Both the position numbers and the translations under genes were made by a program. A stretch of DNA of 64,000 nucleotides from an uncultured bacterium (GTDB lineage Bacteria > Oederibacteriota > PGYV01 > CAWJRG01), in assembly GCA_963845185.1 (NCBI GenBank), contig CAWJRG010000001.1:128001-192000 (forward strand), written 5' to 3'. The stretch's first letter is position 1. Every line of letters begins with the position of its first letter. Below are positions 62,287-64,000 of this stretch, piece after piece. The notes beneath the pieces were generated by a model that was not told the origin of the DNA, made no database searches, and saw only the letters and a program-made list of their open reading frames with translations.

Positions 62287-63786
62287 TTACTCGAATAATT
62301 TCTTTTTTTCTTCCGCGAATTCATCTTTTCCGCAGGCAAGCACAGCGGTTATAGGAGCGACCTTTTTAACCTCTTCCACCATTTTGCCCGATATATCCTG
62401 AATATCCCACTGCGCGTGTTTGTCCATGCGAAGCCTTGCTATATGGTATATTTCACGTAAATCCGCGTTTATTATAATCCTGCGCCTGTGGCTGTTTGTC
62501 AATATGTAATCCGCCGCATATTTCTGTGATTTTTTCAGCTTTTTATATGTTTTTTCCGTCTCGTCAATTATTTTATTGAATACGCCTGTTTGTTTTGTTT
62601 CTGTAATCGAGGGCGGCACAGTGACGCCGAGCGCAGGGTCATACTGTTGTTTTAGTATTGTCATCATCCTGTGACGTTTCATCTGAGCGAACGCGCTCGA
62701 GCTTAAAATTACCTCAAAAACAAAATTAACCATTTCAAATTCCCTGAACAAAGAATCATATTCGTTTAAATCAGCGAATAACGTCCTTACAAAATCAGTT
62801 TGTCCTTTTTTGCCGAGCTTTTTTGCGGTTTTCAGGCATGTTAAGTAATCCTTGCCTGTCGCCGTGCTTATCAGTGCGGCTATTATTTTCGTATCAGCGT
62901 CTTCCGTATTATAAACAAGTTTAACTTCCTGAATTTTTTTAATTGATTTGGAACTTGGGATTCTTGGTATTTTTTTCATTGCCTTTGCAATTGTATTTTT
63001 TCCTGTTGCAAGCAGGCCGTCAGACACTTCAAACCCGAACTGCTTTTTGAAAGTTTCCGGGTCAGAAAGTATTATTAGCGACGGCACTATGGTTTTGGCG
63101 CTGTCAAAAAATTTCTGCCCAAGCTCCCTTGACTCAGCCAAAGGATTGTATTTAAGCTTTCTTATTATATATTCAAGGTTGCGGGAATTTGTCGAAAACC
63201 CAAGCTGGCATTCTGTTGCCATTGACAGCACATAGCGCGCGTCTTCCTTTGCCCAACCCTCGACAGTATTTTGCCCTCCTTTAGTGGAAAGCATATCTGC
63301 GTGGATTTTTTTCTGGTATTCGTACAGTATGGGGAATAATTTCTTATATGCCTCGACCTGTTTTGCAACTGTTTCCTGGAAAACAGCCTTTTCCTGTTCG
63401 TTGAATTCGGCGGGTGTGACATAATCCCCCTGTAAAGTAATATATCTTTGTGATTTTTCAGTATAGGCAGACAACCTTGATTCTTCCAGCGCTTCAACAG
63501 CCAGCCGTGATAAGCCGAGAATATCGAAATTTAACAACGCATGCTCAGCTACGGAATGATGCCCCATTTTAAATACAATGTTTTCATTTGACTTGCGGGC
63601 CTTATCCAGCTCTTCCCTTGCGTCAGCGCGCAGCTCGGTTACTGGCCTTGGATCACGGCTGATGCGCGCATATGCGGCTGAAATGGTCTCAGGCGTAATG
63701 TTGTTTTTCCCGTCCCATCCCGATGTTTTCAGCTTTTCCAGCACGTCAGTATCTACATTATAACCCGCAAGCTTAACAATTAACAT
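62287..63786 (-). CDS. thyX: FAD-dependent thymidylate synthase, tandem two-domain form
   Basis: GHHSVAEH, TEKSQRY, EDARYVL in domain 1; FAQMKRHR, A.YIL, LR...HAQWDI in domain 2. Confidence 0.85.
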   Translation of the reverse strand: MLIVKLAGYNVDTDVLEKLKTSGWDGKNNITPETISAAYARISRDPRPVTELRADAREELDKARKSNENIVFKMGHHSVAEHALLNFDILGLSRLAVEALEESRLSAYTEKSQRYITLQGDYVTPAEFNEQEKAVFQETVAKQVEAYKKLFPILYEYQKKIHADMLSTKGGQNTVEGWAKEDARYVLSMATECQLGFSTNSRNLEYIIRKLKYNPLAESRELGQKFFDSAKTIVPSLIILSDPETFKKQFGFEVSDGLLATGKNTIAKAMKKIPRIPSSKSIKKIQEVKLVYNTEDADTKIIAALISTATGKDYLTCLKTAKKLGKKGQTDFVRTLFADLNEYDSLFREFEMVNFVFEVILSSSAFAQMKRHRMMTILKQQYDPALGVTVPPSITETKQTGVFNKIIDETEKTYKKLKKSQKYAADYILTNSHRRRIIINADLREIYHIARLRMDKHAQWDIQDISGKMVEEVKKVAPITAVLACGKDEFAEEKKKLFE

Positions 63787-63820
63787 TTTACTCCTTTTCT
63801 ATCTGTAGAGACACGCCATG

Positions 63821-64000
63821 GAGTCTGTCTCAAAACTCTTTTAAACGCCTTGCATTGCCTACACTTATCGCGTTTTTTAGCCCCTATCTTTATTATTTCT
63901 CTTCTTTTCGATTTGTGGTTCTTTTCTTGTCAGGTTGCGAACCTTAATTTAACCTTACCTTCCCTCCACAAGGCATACATTGTCTTTATGTTATGGGCGG
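63821..64000 (-). mobile_element. Probable right end of an IS1182-like insertion sequence (partial)
   Basis: Terminal GAGTCTGTCTCAAAACTC resembles IS1182-family IRs. Minus-strand ORF end 63930..>64000 reads AHNIKTMYALWREGKVKLRFAT*, like the ..AHN.K.. C-terminus of DDE transposases. It abuts the half-palindrome GTAGAGACACGCCATG. Confidence 0.5.

Overview
Bacterial chromosomal window from a diderm organism that uses strong GGAGG Shine-Dalgarno sites. It is therefore unlike Bacteroidota; the Thr-Pro-Trp-rich secreted proteins recall Candidatus Goldbacteria-like lineages, but that placement is unverified. Most of the first 46 kb, all on the minus strand, encodes large secreted modular surface proteins built as head + strictly alternating (Thr/Ser)-X stalk + T9SS-like/FlgD-Ig C-terminal tail. 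A PorV-like beta-barrel gene sits among them. Two of these genes (about 3470 and 4935 aa when rejoined) are each broken by a single GGGG->GGG deletion. The cluster is interrupted by an MFS transporter, an FAD oxidoreductase, the rpsP-khpA-trmD-rplS operon (no rimM), tRNA-Thr(CGT) and tRNA-Phe(GAA). Downstream of secD-secF is a translationally coupled five-gene membrane operon that looks like a heavily degenerated complex I proximal membrane arm (NuoJ, NuoK fused to a YVTN beta-propeller, NuoN, NuoA-sized, NuoH-like) lacking the usual proton-pumping residues. The right end holds lepB, hypothetical lipoproteins, an ECF sigma / anti-sigma / VIT-vWA module with two matching ECF promoters, two copies of a covarying structured leader element, a tandem-domain ThyX, and the probable end of an IS1182-like element inserted in a REP-like palindrome. 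All family assignments come from visual motif recognition; no searches were run.
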